Below are positions 50,189-62,964 of a stretch of 64,000 bases of DNA, piece after piece; within the stretch, counting starts at the first letter, position 1; each line of letters begins with the position of its first letter. The stretch is from Octopus vulgaris (taxonomy: Eukaryota), in contig OX597814.1 of assembly GCA_951406725.2 (NCBI GenBank), positions 150,102,001 through 150,166,000 on the forward strand. Direction: 5' to 3'. Below the pieces are notes generated by a model. The model did not search any database. It was not told the origin of the DNA and saw only the letters and a list, made by a program, of their open reading frames with translations. Position numbers and translations under genes: made by a program.

Positions 50189-51569
50189 TGAGAGAGCAAT
50201 GGTGAGAGAAATGTGTGGAGTGGAGCTGTTTGATAGGAGGAGGATTGAGGACTTGATGGGGATGCTGGGATTGGAGGAATCAGTGGAACAGCTGGCAAGG
50301 GCAAATGGAGTGCAGTGGTATGGGCATGTGTTGAGGAGGGACAAGGAGCATGTTCTGAGGAGGGTGCTTGAGTTTCAGGTAAATGGACCAAGAAAGTGAG
50401 GAAAATGTGAATAAGGAGATTGGGAGGGTTGGCTTGGGAAGGGAGGACGCCCAAAACATGGCGAGATGGTGTGAGGGTGGTTGCTATGGCAGTGAGGTAG
50501 ATCTGACCACCCCCATTAACGGGGGCAGAACCTGGATTCAAAACACTGGATGATGATGATGATGATGATGATTAATGGTGAATGACCTGTTGGTAGCAAT
50601 TTATGAGTGTATTTAATTTTGTTAAATCATAGCATTATGGCATAGAAAGAGTGTTAGTGAAAGACAGAAGTGTGGTAGTTTAAAAAAATTTGAGAATCAT
50701 TGGTGTAAACCCCAACATCCACAGTATTCTTGTGAGGGGTTGAAACACTGAATATTTGGGCTTTAAAAGACATTGGCAGAATAGTGCTACACAATATTTT
50801 ATTTTTGCGTTTGCTTTGCAAGATTCTTGATGTGAATTCATGTCTTGAAACAGGTTTCCACCTTTACATACAACAAAATACTACACAAATACTGCAATTT
50901 ACAAGAAGTTAGAACTTTATCTTTTGTCACACTAGGATTGATGAAATACTATACCTGTTATATATTGGTGTTGATTTAATCATCATCAGTTGAATATTTT
51001 TCCTAAAATATTAACCAAATTCTGGAAGTGAATACTTCAGACTAACAAAGTCTAAGTCCAGCAGAGTCACTGTGAATTAAAATCATCATCATTTAACGTC
51101 CGTTTTCCATGCTAGCATGGGTTGGACAGTTCGACCAGGGTCTGGTAAGCCATGGAGGCTGCAACAGGCTCCAGTCTGGTTTGGCAGTGTTTCTACAGCT
51201 AGATGCCCTTCTTAATGCCAACCACTCCGTGAGTGTAATGGGTGTTTTTTACTTGTAACAAAAATAAATTCTTGATTTTTGGGAATTAAAAATTCAGCAT
51301 TGGCAAAGATTATTTAATGAAGTTTACAAATTTTGATAAGTTTGAGATGGGAATCTTGCCGTTTAAAGTAAGCTTATTTGTTGGAGAAAGCAAACTATCC
51401 TTTTTTTATTTTGTTCTCTCTCTGACAAAGGGTTTCACTTGAAGCATCAAGATTCGCTTTGCATCACAGCATAGAAATTTATCCAAATCTCTTATGTTCG
51501 CTATTTGATTTTGTTGTTTGTTTGCTCTTCACTAATGATGCTATTGTGATTATGTCTTCCTTTGTGCAG

Positions 51570-51633
51570 GATACGTAGTGAAATGGATGAACCAAACAGC
51601 AAACTCATGGGTTCTTATGGCTATTGCTCACAG
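51570..51633 (+). CDS. MINDY4: MINDY4-like internal exon (K-IRSEMDEPNSKLMGSYGYCSQ)
   Basis: tgcAG acceptor, GTACAG donor, phase 2-0. GYCSQ corresponds to the MINDY3/4 GYCTQ motif. Confidence 0.88.
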
Positions 51634-52567
51634 GTACAGAATACATTTTATGTGTAGCTCTCTTGGAATGGTAAATAGCACTGGTGAGTGAGAGCACTAC
51701 TACAACTACTAACACTGCTCTTCCCACTGCTACCATTTATGCTATTACTAATATTACTACTACCACTCCTATTAACACCTTGTTTTGTTACCATCACTAC
51801 CAATCTCTGCCACCGCAACCACTATTAACATTTCTATTACTATCAATGTAATCTCTGCTAAGTGAAGGCTACCATTTACCCATCTCTACTACTACTACTT
51901 CTCTTCTTCCACCTCCTCCTCCTCCTCTGCCACCACCACCACCACTACTACTACTATTACTACTAACAGAACCACTTTCGCTATAACATCCCCAAAGGTA
52001 TTTGCCCCCCTCCCCTAGTGATTGCTATTGTAGCTGTTCTTATTAACACTGTTATGATACTGGGAAATTGAATGTTTGGGTTTGCATATACCACTTTGCT
52101 TGTCACAATATCTGTTAATTCATCACCAAGCCTTCCTTTAATTCTCGTTAGGCCTTGTGGAATGAAAGCAGTTTTGTCTCTTTGTTTCTTTGTTTTCATG
52201 CTATAATATGAAGATATTGCACCTGTGAGATGTCATCTGTTGCAAATAACTAGCTGCTTTCACTATTGCCATCACTTTTATTACTTCAACCACCTTTTTT
52301 ACTTCAGCCAATTAAAAAGCTTCTATACTGTAACTGACCTGTTAGAAATACCAGTACAAAACTATCAAATAGTATTCTATCATCCTGCAAATGAACACAA
52401 GTGATAGTGCAATGCTAGATATATATAGTGTCTAGAAAAAAAGTGAAAGTTACAGTTAGAATGTGTCTTTTTAAAATAAGCTGTGCTTATGGGTTTCGTA
52501 GGTCCTCTCCAACTTGTGATCAGTTTTACTGACTAGGGTATGTTAGTGGTGTCTATGTTCTGTACAG

Positions 52568-52869
52568 AGTGGAGGCACATGGCCTAGTGGTTAGAGCAGC
52601 GGACTCGCAGTCAAGGGATCGTAGGTTCGAATCTCAGACCGGGTGATGTGTATGTTTATGAGCGAAACGCCTAAGCTCCATGCAGCTCCGGCAGAAGGTA
52701 ATGGTGAACTTCTGTTGACTCTTTCTCCACAACTTTCTCTCACTCTTTCCTCCTGCATCATGCAGCTCACCTGTGATGGATCGGCATCCTGTCCAAGTGG
52801 GGAACCTATACACCAAGGAAACCGGGAAACCGGCCCTTATGAGCCAGGCATGGCTCGAGAAGGAAAAAT
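52568..52869 (+). mobile_element. tRNA-derived SINE with 12-bp TSD
   Basis: A box TGGCCTAGTGG, B box GGTTCGAATC. Direct repeat tgttctgtacag at 52556-52567 and 52870-52881. Confidence 0.8.
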
Positions 52870-53980
52870 TGTTCTGTACAGGACTTCTCATTTTGGTGAG
52901 ATTGATTCTATTGATGTTCAGATTAAACATCTAAATATCAGTAGCTATTGTTAAAAGACAAAAGAACTTGAGCTGGCAGGTAACTATAGGAGATTGTAGT
53001 ATTTTGGGAGGGAAAAGCTGTGCAAAGTGTTTTGTTTGTTGGGTCTTAGAGGCAGGACGTAAAGGTAAAGGAAGAGAAAAAGACGATATTGAGCTTGAGT
53101 GGATAGAGGTATGCAGCTAAATAGTTCAGGAGTACAGAAGCCATTGTAGTAATGATAGAAGATGCAGAAAGAAGGAATAGCATATCTCTGAGCTTGTGGT
53201 TAAAAGATGCTGGTAGGTGAACTGTTGCTGATACAAATACCTAGAAATAGTGACTTAATTTTCCAGAAGAAAACATTGCCATATTAAAAAAGGAAGGAAG
53301 GACAGGGATAATGGATTTAAAAATGTGCTGTCTTTGAGAAAAAGCTGAATGCTCACAACTAGAACTCCTTTGGTTAGAAGCCTGATGATCTGAGCTGACT
53401 TGGAGTTAAACAACAACAACACCATCTATCTCCTCCCCAAATAACAATAACAACAAGAACAGTGTTATGATATGATGAAGTAGCTTCTACATAGTTGTAC
53501 CATTGACTGGAAACTAACCAAATCTACCTCAGATAATGCTCAAAAATCTTGAATAAAAAAAGCAAGAACACATTAAGCAATGCAGTCTTAGATAACCCTA
53601 CCAAGGCAGGTTAGTCACAACTGAAATATCTTTGATCATAGGTCTACTCGAACAATGCTGACCGAGGGCTAAACAACTATTTCAATGTCTCTGTGGTATT
53701 TATGACCTGCTGGAAATAGTAGCCAAATCTCTTTCAAATTACAGACTACTGTTTTGAAAAATCTACATTTTAGATTGGATACTGTATCTTTGTTAGAAAT
53801 GTAATTGCTGAGAAAATAACAGGATGGTCATGTTTGGAATGTATTTGATCATGGGTTTGCTTAATCAGGACTGCGAACCTGGGACTAACCAAAAGCAACA
53901 ATAATAACAACATCGCTAGTATTCTAGGACATTGTGTAACTGTGTATTGTATTTTATATTACTTGTTAAACTCATTTCAG

Positions 53981-54142
53981 GAGGTTGTGAACCTTTTTGT
54001 TACTGGAAATGCTGTATCCAATGTATTTGACAACAAGATGGAACTGGATTCTGGCACAGAGAATGTAACAGTGCTAAGAGGTATCCAGCACCCGAGTGAT
54101 ATTGGGTTCCTGTCATTGTTTGAGCATTACAACAACACCAAG
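53981..54142 (+). CDS. MINDY4: MINDY4-like internal exon ([17 protein letters not shown]...[16 protein letters not shown])
   Basis: tttcAG acceptor, GTAAGA donor, 162 bp. ExVNLxxTGxAVSNVF and [12 protein letters not shown] are MINDY4 hallmark motifs. Confidence 0.93.
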
Positions 54143-54689
54143 GTAAGAGATTTTGTTTACACATTTTCATTACATTTGTATCACCATCATCATCATCGTC
54201 GTCATAATCATCATCACCACCACTCCATCATCATCAAACATCCATTTTCCGTGCTGGCATGGATTAGACGGTTTGACCAGAGCTGGTAAGCTGGAGAGCT
54301 GCACCAGCTCCAGTCTGTTTTGGCTTGTTTTCTATGGTCAGATGCCCTTCCTAACACCAACCAAACCACAGAGTGTACTAGGCGCCTTTCATATGTCATC
54401 AGCATGGGTGCCTTTTATGTGTCACTGGCACAGGTGTCTTTTACATGTCACCAGCATGGGTGCCTTTCATGTGTCACCAGCATAGGCAAGGTTTACATAT
54501 CATTGGCACTGGCCACAACCATGATTTCATTTAGCTTCATATCTTTTCTCAAGCACAATAAATCACCAAAAGTGTTGGTCGCTTTTCATTGCCTCCATGA
54601 CAAGTGATCCTATAATGCTTATTCTTTATAGTTCTTGACTGTTTAACTACTATACTCTTCTAGGAAAAAAAAAACTTTAATCTTGGTTG

Positions 54690-55745
54690 AGATCTGAAGA
54701 TTCTTTATATATGACCAACATTATTGCACACAGGCAGTCATAAACAGTCAGTTGTTGAAGAATTATTGATGTTGGCAAGCCTATATTTGCTGCCCACCTC
54801 ATCTTGCATCTTTGATTCCCCATCTCATCTGCCTATTGTTGATCCTACTCTCTTTTGACCATCACTCCAAGTCCTCTGTCTCTCATTTTCCACCACTTGT
54901 ACTGACTAAATTGCTCTCATCACTCTGAGTCCATCATATATCATTTTATATCATCTCCTGTATCGATACACTCTAAGTTTGCCCTTCTGTACAGCATGTT
55001 ATCACACTCTCTTTTAGTCACTTCTATTGCCACTCATTTATCTCATCGCCCATTCTTACTTTTGTCCACTTCTGCTTTTACAAATCACTCCCCTCCACAA
55101 ACTAACTCCTTAAGTAACCCTGCTAGTTTTTGCAGTCATATTTCTTGATGTTAGTATTTTTGGCATTTTTTAAAATTAAATGATCTTCCTGCTTTCTTTT
55201 GATTTCTGCTTCACATTTTCTGTCTTCTGATAGCATACATCTCAGCTTTATTATCTTCAGTGTCAGTTCAACAGGCTTTGCCTGTTGTAATATTCATATC
55301 TGATTGCATACATCTCTGATATATTATCTTTAGTGTCAGTTCGACAGGCTTTCCCTCATTCTTAATATTTATCATTGGTATTTGTTGTTGCTTGCTGATT
55401 ACCATCGGTTTTGTTTTCTTTACATTAATTTCTAGTCCATAGAGCATTCCTTTGTCATTAAAGTGGTTATAAGGTTCTGTTGAAACTTAATAAGACAATT
55501 TCTCCTACATATATAAAGTTGTTGATGTCAATACCTTCTATTGATTCTCTTGCCATGAGCTCTAACATCCCTGAAGATCTTCTCAGTGTAGATATTAAAT
55601 AGGCTAGGGGATAATACACAGTCTTGCCTGACTCATTTCCTATATTCAAATTCTGAAGTTTTTCTCCAGTCAAGTTTTACCATTGCTGATTGTCCCCAAT
55701 ATATTTTTGTTATTGTCTGGCAATCATTCTCATTTGTCCCAAATG
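54690..55745 (-). pseudogene. Highly decayed LINE RT fragment
   Basis: Minus-strand remnants such as GIDINNFIYVGEIVLL (a decayed N..YADD region) and a downstream RT/thumb-like stretch. Confidence 0.5.
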
Positions 55746-55753
55746 CTGATATA

Positions 55754-56303
55754 TGAGGTCTGAACAAAAAGTATTGGAACTGGTGCTAAAAAAAGGCAAC
55801 TATACACATATCAATTTGGCATTTAGTCTCTTTTGAAGAAGCCCCTTTCTGAAGCTACACACTTTATCCAGTATCATTTCCATTGAGGGAAGCATTCCTG
55901 GAAATCCCTTTTTGGGATAGCAAGCAATACCTTGTCACATTCTCTTGGATTTCTTCAATGTCTTGAAATCTTGTTGAATTCTTCCACTGCAAAGACTGAG
56001 CCTTGGTTTCAGGGTGATAGACCTATGATTCATCGCTTCTTATAACCATTTTAAAGAGGTTTTCGTCTTCATCGAAACAATAAAGATGTTCCTACACAGC
56101 TGAATCCTGATCCTTTTGAAATGACCACACTCAACACATATTACTTCCAAGTACTACTATAAACAACAGAAGTGAATGAGAATGTTATAACTTAATGTGT
56201 GTGTGCAACAGAGTTCAAGATCAGTCTGTGTCAAACTGCTTTACTCTATGTACTTTAGCTCTGTACCATAACAACAGTCCTGGTACTTTTTGATCAGACC
56301 TCA
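55754..56303. mobile_element. Internally deleted mariner (MITE-like)
   Basis: Terminal inverted repeats tgaggtctgaacaaaaagta and tactttttgatcagacctca. Confidence 0.7.
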
Positions 56304-56351
56304 CTTTTGTATGTTTTACTCTGTTAAATGCTTAGTTTACTCTCTCTCTCT

Positions 56352-56705
56352 TTACTCTTTTACTTGTTTCAGTCATTTGACTGCGGCCATGCTGGAGCGT
56401 CGCCTTTAGTCGAGCAAATCAACCCCAGTACTTATTCTATCAGTCTCTTTTGCTGAACCGCTAAGTTACAGGGACGTACACACACCAGCATCGGTTGTCA
56501 AGCGATGTTGGGGGACAAACACAGACACACAAACATATCTACGATGGGCTTCTTTAAGTTTCTATCTACCAAATCCACTCACAAGGCTTTGGTCAGCCCG
56601 AGGCTATAGCAGAAGACACTTGCACAAGGTGCCACGCAGTGGGACTGAACCCGGAACCATGTGGTTGGTAAGCAAGCTACTTACCACACAGCCACTCCTG
56701 CACCT
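56352..56705 (-). mobile_element. SINE family A copy
   Basis: Collinear with 35768-36172. Confidence 0.8.
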
Positions 56706-59137
56706 ATAGAACATTTATATAAAACATTTATTTGTAGAGCTCTTTCACATTTAATTATTAGATTAGATATTCCTTCATGAGTTCCCATTCCCAGTCTAAG
56801 AACCACTCAGCAGTTGACTTATTTCATCATTTATTCTTGCTGTAAATTGGATAACCTTTAGAGTAGTAAGCCTAAGGAGTCAGTTGTTATGTGGCCACTT
56901 TTATATAATCAGAAAGTTCATCTTGGGCCATGGTCTCATTAGGCCAATTTCATGAATTCTGTCATGTACGTATTCTACCCACTGGATAGGACACCAGCCT
57001 GTTGCAGTATTACTCACTTTTGCCAGCTGAGTGGCAGCATGAAATGAACTGTTTTGATCAAGAATACATCACCTAGTTCAGTAATCAAAACATTAGTCTT
57101 ATGTACATGAGTGCAACACCCTAACCACTAAACCATGCACCTCAACACTTTCATATATTACATAAGTTTTTTTATTAGATCTAAGTTGGTTTTAGCCAGT
57201 GCTTTTAATGCTGTTACTGGTATTTTTGTCTGTCCTTATTGACAATCCATATTTCACTTACTCTATTGCCTTTCCTGCTTTTTTCATTTCAATTAGCAGA
57301 TTCAAAATTTGGCATTGCCAGTCTCTCCTCATTATTGTACAGTTCTTTTATCTATTCAACTCGTCTAGACGCAATCTGGTCGTGATCAAACAGTGTGTTT
57401 CCATTGTTATCCTTAATGTTATCTCTTAGTCTATTCATCCATTTCTGTTTGCGTTCTCATTTATCTTATCTTACATTTCTTTAGATTTATGTTGTCCATT
57501 AAGTTTTTCAGCTATTTGACATTGATCATCCGGCCATTTTGTTTTGTTTCTCTGCTTTCAGGACAGATCTCTTTATTAGGGTGTTATATCTATCTTGATA
57601 ATTTTTTTCTTATTTTTTTTTTTTCCTTCTTTCTGTTTTAATAAAATTTCATCAATCATCTATTTTCTGTTTTTTCCTTTTTACTTATAGGTATCGTTTT
57701 CTTTACCGATATTTACTTCCAAGTTTTAATTTCCCTTCTGTTTATCCTTTGTTATAGGTTTTTTTGTATGTTTTCTTTATGTAAACATTCTTATTTGTTT
57801 ACATCATTCTTCTGTTTACATTCTGTCTGATTTACCAAGTTTAAGTTTAATTGTTCTCTCTTTTAACTGTTTTCATTTTCTTAACTTTCGTTTGTGATTT
57901 CTGCTATGACTTAATTATAATGTGAACCTACATGTCTGCTCCAGGGTATATTTTTTTTTTGTAAATTTTGCATTTCTAAACCATTGGTGGATCAGTATAT
58001 AGTCCTTTTAATCTTAAGTCATGTCACCTGGACTTTTCCACTTGCATAATTTTCTTGGTAGTGATGGAATAAAATTTTGGTCTCTGCTAAATTGTTTCTT
58101 TGACAAAACATCCATCAGTCACCTACTTCACCTAATCCTTGTAGACCTGTTCTCTGACAGTGTTTTCTCTACCAACTTTTGCTTTAAAATCTCTCATAAT
58201 AATTTTTTCTCCTTCAAGTGGCTGAAACCAAGATTACTTCCTAGCTATGGCTTTAAACTGCATCCAGTGCCAGAGTTCAAGGTTGGGAAGCCCTAGATAT
58301 TGAGAAGAAGGCAGTTATCTGCTAGCTGACACTATTCTCACCTCTGTTGTGATTCAGAACAGTAGCACCTTGAAGGATTTCAGATTAAATTGCATTACTA
58401 AATCACTTTAACTGAACACGAGGTCCTATGGTGTGGAAGTAGCTAGTAACCAGGTATGGTCAAACAATGACTGCGACCTTACAGGAGGAATATATGTATA
58501 TATTTCAAATGTTTCACAGAAACACAGCAAATGGAAAATTTGTAGCTAATTCCTCATCAGTCAATGTCCAAAAGATAATTACAATTTCATGCCTTTAATG
58601 TTGATATTGTTCACTTTTGGTGGTGCCAGCGATGGAAAGCCACTTGGAATAGCTGACAGACATACAGGTCCATGACTAAAACAAACACAATAGAGTAAAA
58701 TAATAATATATATATACTATGAAAATTGGTCATATGGCCCCAAGACAAGCAAATATGGGGTAACGTAAAATTAAATATAAAAATGTCCAGTAGAACTGGA
58801 AATAAGGAGATGGAAAGAAAGTCAGAAGCTATAAGTACAGCACAATGTGGCTGTCTGCTTTTGCAATTTTCAGGGGTACAATCAATTAAATCATGCCAGC
58901 TAAATCATACCTGTGAGTTCAAAGGCTTCAGTATTGAGCATTCTCAGAAAAGTAAAAAAAGAAAAAAACAGAAAAAACAAAACAGATTTTAGTTAAAAAA
59001 ATTAGCTTTGATAATTTCTAAAATAAAGGATAATGGTACATATTGATTATGATAATTATAATATATTTTATTACTTTATTTCATTAAACTTTTATATTTT
59101 TTGTATTTTGTTAATATGCTCATTATTTCTGTTGCAG

Positions 59138-59315
59138 GTTGGTTCTTACTATAAGAACCCCAAATATCCGATATGGATTGTGTGCAGTGAAAGTCATTTC
59201 ACTGTGCTGTTTTCAATGAGTGACTCACTTGTGAAGGACAATAAGGCAGAGAAGTTTGATCTTTATTACTATGATGGGCTTGCCAAACAGCAGCAACCGA
59301 TACGGCTCACCATTG
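59138..59315 (+). CDS. MINDY4: MINDY4-like internal exon with the putative catalytic His ([25 protein letters not shown]...[20 protein letters not shown])
   Basis: tgcAG acceptor, GTAGGT donor, phase 0-1. PIWxVCSESHF and FDLYYYDGL motifs. No terminal exon found downstream in the window. Confidence 0.93.
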
Positions 59316-59454
59316 GTAGGTATATGAATTGTTGAAGAAGGAAAGGTGACAATGGTGGTGGTGGTGGTGGTGGGGAGGAGGAGTTGGAGAAAGTGTGTGG
59401 ATTTAGTTCTTGTAATTTGTTTTCTTGCATAAACAGCAGTTTTTATCACATATG

Positions 59455-59930
59455 TGTTGACTGAAAAGTTAATAGGCTGACCAAGAAACTCTCATGGAAC
59501 GTGACCAAATGAGGTTTATTTTTCTGCATAGTCCCCCTTGAAGTCCACACACATCTTCCATTGGTGTTGCAGTGCTTGGACCACGTTGGTGAAGAAGCTT
59601 CCATTGCGTTAATCAAAAATGTCATCAACAGTAGAAATGTATTCACGATCACAGCGATACTGGTTCCCAGCCAATGATGTTTTTGTGTTGGCTAACAGAT
59701 GTTAAGTCTGATGGAGCCAAATCAGGAAAATAGGATGATCAACTAGTTCAAAGCTACAATCACTCTCAGCAGCCATTGAAACCAAGGACTCTTGTGCTGG
59801 AGCATTGTCCTGATGAAACAAGGCCCCTTTCTTCAGTTTTCCTAGGCATTTGGTCTTGATAGTCTTTCATAGCTGACTCAACAAGATGGCATAGTACTCT
59901 CCAGTTATGGTGTGGCCCTCTTGTAAATTA
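59455..59930 (-). pseudogene. mariner transposase 3' fragment
   Basis: LQEGHTITGEYYAILLSQL followed by frameshifted HQDNAPAH- and PDLAPSD-like sequence. Confidence 0.7.
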
Positions 59931-60695
59931 TTATGGTAAATGAGTGTCACTGTCATACAAGCAAAGTCAGTCATTTCCAATATTCTACAAAAGCATTTCT
60001 GGTCATGGGGAAGTTTTACCTTGCTTGAAAAGGGTGAAGATTGGTGACATACAAGGCATCTGGCCATAGAAAATCTGCCTCGAAAAACTCTATCTGACTC
60101 AAGCAAGCATGGAAAAGTGGATATTAAATAATAATGACGGGCATTATTATGATGACAGTGAGTAAAATGAGAAACGACATTAAATTGAGTGTCACATTAA
60201 TGGAAGTCTCCTTTTAATAATGTAGCTTTGGGCTACTCTATTATAGTTGTCAACATCCCCAATAAGGCAGATAAAATAAAGTAGCTTCATTATATTATAC
60301 GTAAATGTCTGCATTAGCTAATTATAAGACAAATTGATGGAGCCTCTATATAATATCTCAAGATGACAGACATAACACCCACATCACCTTCACATGAAAC
60401 CCTATCGGCTTTTGTATGTATGTGTGTATGTAAGAGCTAACAAGAGAGACATCTAAATTGTAGCTAATATACTTCATGGAAGTAGCATCCAATTCTGTCT
60501 TAAATTACAGCCCTCTTATTTCAGCTAAAGTGGGGCCTGCACATGATATACTTAATGGTCAAAACAGAAAACAAACTTCCCTCAAACTACATATCATAAT
60601 TATTATTTACCATCTCACAGGGAGATTTTGTATAAAGTGTATCTTGTTATATACAAAAAGTTTTATTTCGTTTTTGGATTTGGTTTGCAAGATTC

Positions 60696-60749
60696 ATCAT
60701 CATCATCATTATCATTTAATGTCCGTCTTCCATGCTAGCATGGGTGGGA
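60696..60749 (-). mobile_element. Minimal (~54-bp) RTE 3'-end insertion with 8-bp TSD
   Basis: caagattc at 60688-60695 and 60750-60757 flanks the tail plus ccatgctagcatgg. Confidence 0.8.
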
Positions 60750-60779
60750 CAAGATTCTTTATGTGAATTCGTGTGTTAA

Positions 60780-62085
60780 AGCATATTTTATTGTCTGGGG
60801 TGGGCCATTCTCTTTTAGTGCCTTATTATTTAACGCACTCACTGGTTCAATTCCCACTCAGTTATTTATTTTTTCAAAAATTTTCATTGCGTCTTGCAAC
60901 CTTTTCAATAGTTGTTGACTCAATCCATTATCAGAGCTGTGTTCTTTTTGCTTGTTTATTTGTGTGCATGTGTGCACGTCAGTGTGCATATGTATACACA
61001 TATGTATATATGTATGTATGTATGTATGTGTATACATGTATGTGTGTATGCATAGATATATACCTGTGTGTACATTTGTATGTATGTATTCTGCATATTC
61101 ATGTTTGTGTGTTTGTATATTTGTATGCATTGATGTGTGTCTGCATATGTATCCTTGTTCCTTGTGTGTGTGTACGTGTGTGTGTGTGTGTGAAGTGTGT
61201 GTGTGTGTGTATGGTCATGTGTTTCAGTTTTCATTTGTGTATATATGTGTGTGCTTGTCTGTCCATATTACCTGTGTACCTATCTATCCATTTATCTGTC
61301 TGTTTACTTACATATCCATTTACCTACACATACATACACACACACACATATATACATCAACATAACAGCCTACTAACAACTCTACCTGTGTATATATAAA
61401 CTATGGGTATTGGAGTATGACTACCTTCTAAGTATATTTCCTATTTAGTACTGGGGATGTTTCATTTATGAGGGTCTACACCTATATTTGTCTGAGTGTT
61501 GGGTCCTTCGGGTGCTTGGATAAAATATGGATGTCAAATTGACCCTGTGTGCCTCCATGTATGTCTTTGGTATGCTGGTAGAATATGGCGGAATGTTTTT
61601 TGTCATCCTATTGTCTCAAATGTTCATTTAGTCTCCCTGCAATGCTTCTAGATGCTTCACCTACGTATATCATGTTCTTGTCTTTACAAGCACCCTCTAT
61701 GCACCTTATGCTGTAGTCTACATTTAATGCCAGGGTTACTCTTACGTACATGAATATGCAGAATATGTACATACATACAAATGTATACATATGTATACAT
61801 ATATATCTGCATACACACATACATGCGTACACACATACATGCATACACACATACATACATATATGTGTATACACAGGCATACTGACACACATGCATGCAC
61901 ACAAACAAACATAAAAACACAACTTTGGTAATGAACAGAGTCAATGACCATTGAAAAGTTTGCAAGATGCAAAGAAAATTTTAGAAAACATAATTAAATG
62001 AGTGGAAATTGAACCAGTGAGTGTGTTAAATAATAAGGCACTAAAAGAGAATGACTCTCCTCAGACACAATAAAAAGTATTATGT
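60780..62085. repeat. Inverted pair of a ~320-340-bp interspersed repeat (arms ~60780-61104 and ~61746-62085)
   Basis: cattctcttttagtgccttattatttaac...ttctgcatattcatgt occurs on opposite strands. Confidence 0.8.
61435..61740 (-). pseudogene. GIY-YIG endonuclease relic, Penelope-like element
   Basis: NVDYSIRCIEGAC...IYVGEASRSIAGRLNEH...QHTKDIH...PVLNRK, with in-frame stops. Confidence 0.7.
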
Positions 62086-62372
62086 TTTATTTCAATGTCT
62101 TAAACTTTTGAAAAGATCTGAGTATTTTATCTTGACTTGCTTTCTCCATTTTATAGAGAGAAAGAAAGGATGAGGAAAAGGGAAAGCAATCATGGGAGGA
62201 GAAACTAGAGAGAATTGGAATAACAGGTGATGGAGAATGAGACTGATATAAGTTACAATGAGAAAGCACAAAGAAATAAAACAGGATAGTCTAAATGCCC
62301 TAGATGTTCTTTTTGTCTTTTAATATCTTGCTTTCTCCAGTCTCCTGATAAAGAGAGAGGGTGAGAGAGAAG

Positions 62373-62404
<32 letters not shown>

Positions 62405-62964
62405 ACACAAAAGTGAAAATCAGAAAAAGAAGATTAAATAGAAATAGAGGCTAACAATATTTTACTGTAATTCTAACTTAAGTGACAATACAAAGATATT
62501 CTATTTCATTGGTCAAACAGTTTGTAATGTTTCAGAATGATCATATTTCTCCATCATGTTATTTCTATACTACTAACAGATATCGTTTGATCTGCATCTC
62601 CAAAAGAGAATAGCTGTATATTTGTAAAAATGATGCAGAAGGAAACACCTGTTCATTGTAGCTCTACCTGACAGAAACAGCAGTGAGGTGTACCACAAAT
62701 TGCACCTTACACTCCTATGTATATATATAATGGGAGCACCTCTACTTAATTGCCATACCTGCTAGGAATAGCAGCCAAATCTCCCTTAATTCATAAATCA
62801 CAGTCTTGCATTTCTTCATATATATGGAGCCAACAAAGGAGTATCTACTCTGTGTCCTGACCTGATATAAACAGCAAACAATTCTCCCTCAGACTTTGTT
62901 CTACTGTCTTATGTATGTATGTTGTTTTAATACCCAGTCATCATTGTGTACCTCCATTAGTGTA

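Larger units (their letters stand above)
47990..50570 (+). mobile_element. Older, different RTE-family 3' fragment interrupted by the 48155-50188 insertion
   Basis: ...MLYGSETWCLREREMVILGRTE | RAMVREMCGV...WYGHVLRR reads through once the insert and one TSD copy are removed. Own (GAT)n tail at ~50550-50572. Confidence 0.85.

Noticed and set aside
52570-52645. tRNA gene
   Set aside because: A and B boxes are present, but the acceptor stem does not close and the sequence continues into a SINE body bounded by a TSD.
60773-61972. Cys/Val/Tyr-rich ORFs here and at 29189-29824
   Set aside because: Microsatellite translations. Only the GIY-YIG-like portion is meaningful.
62570-62600. Terminal MINDY4 exon after ctaacAG
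   Set aside because: Stop codon within three codons and no PPLE.CIRTKW-like motif.
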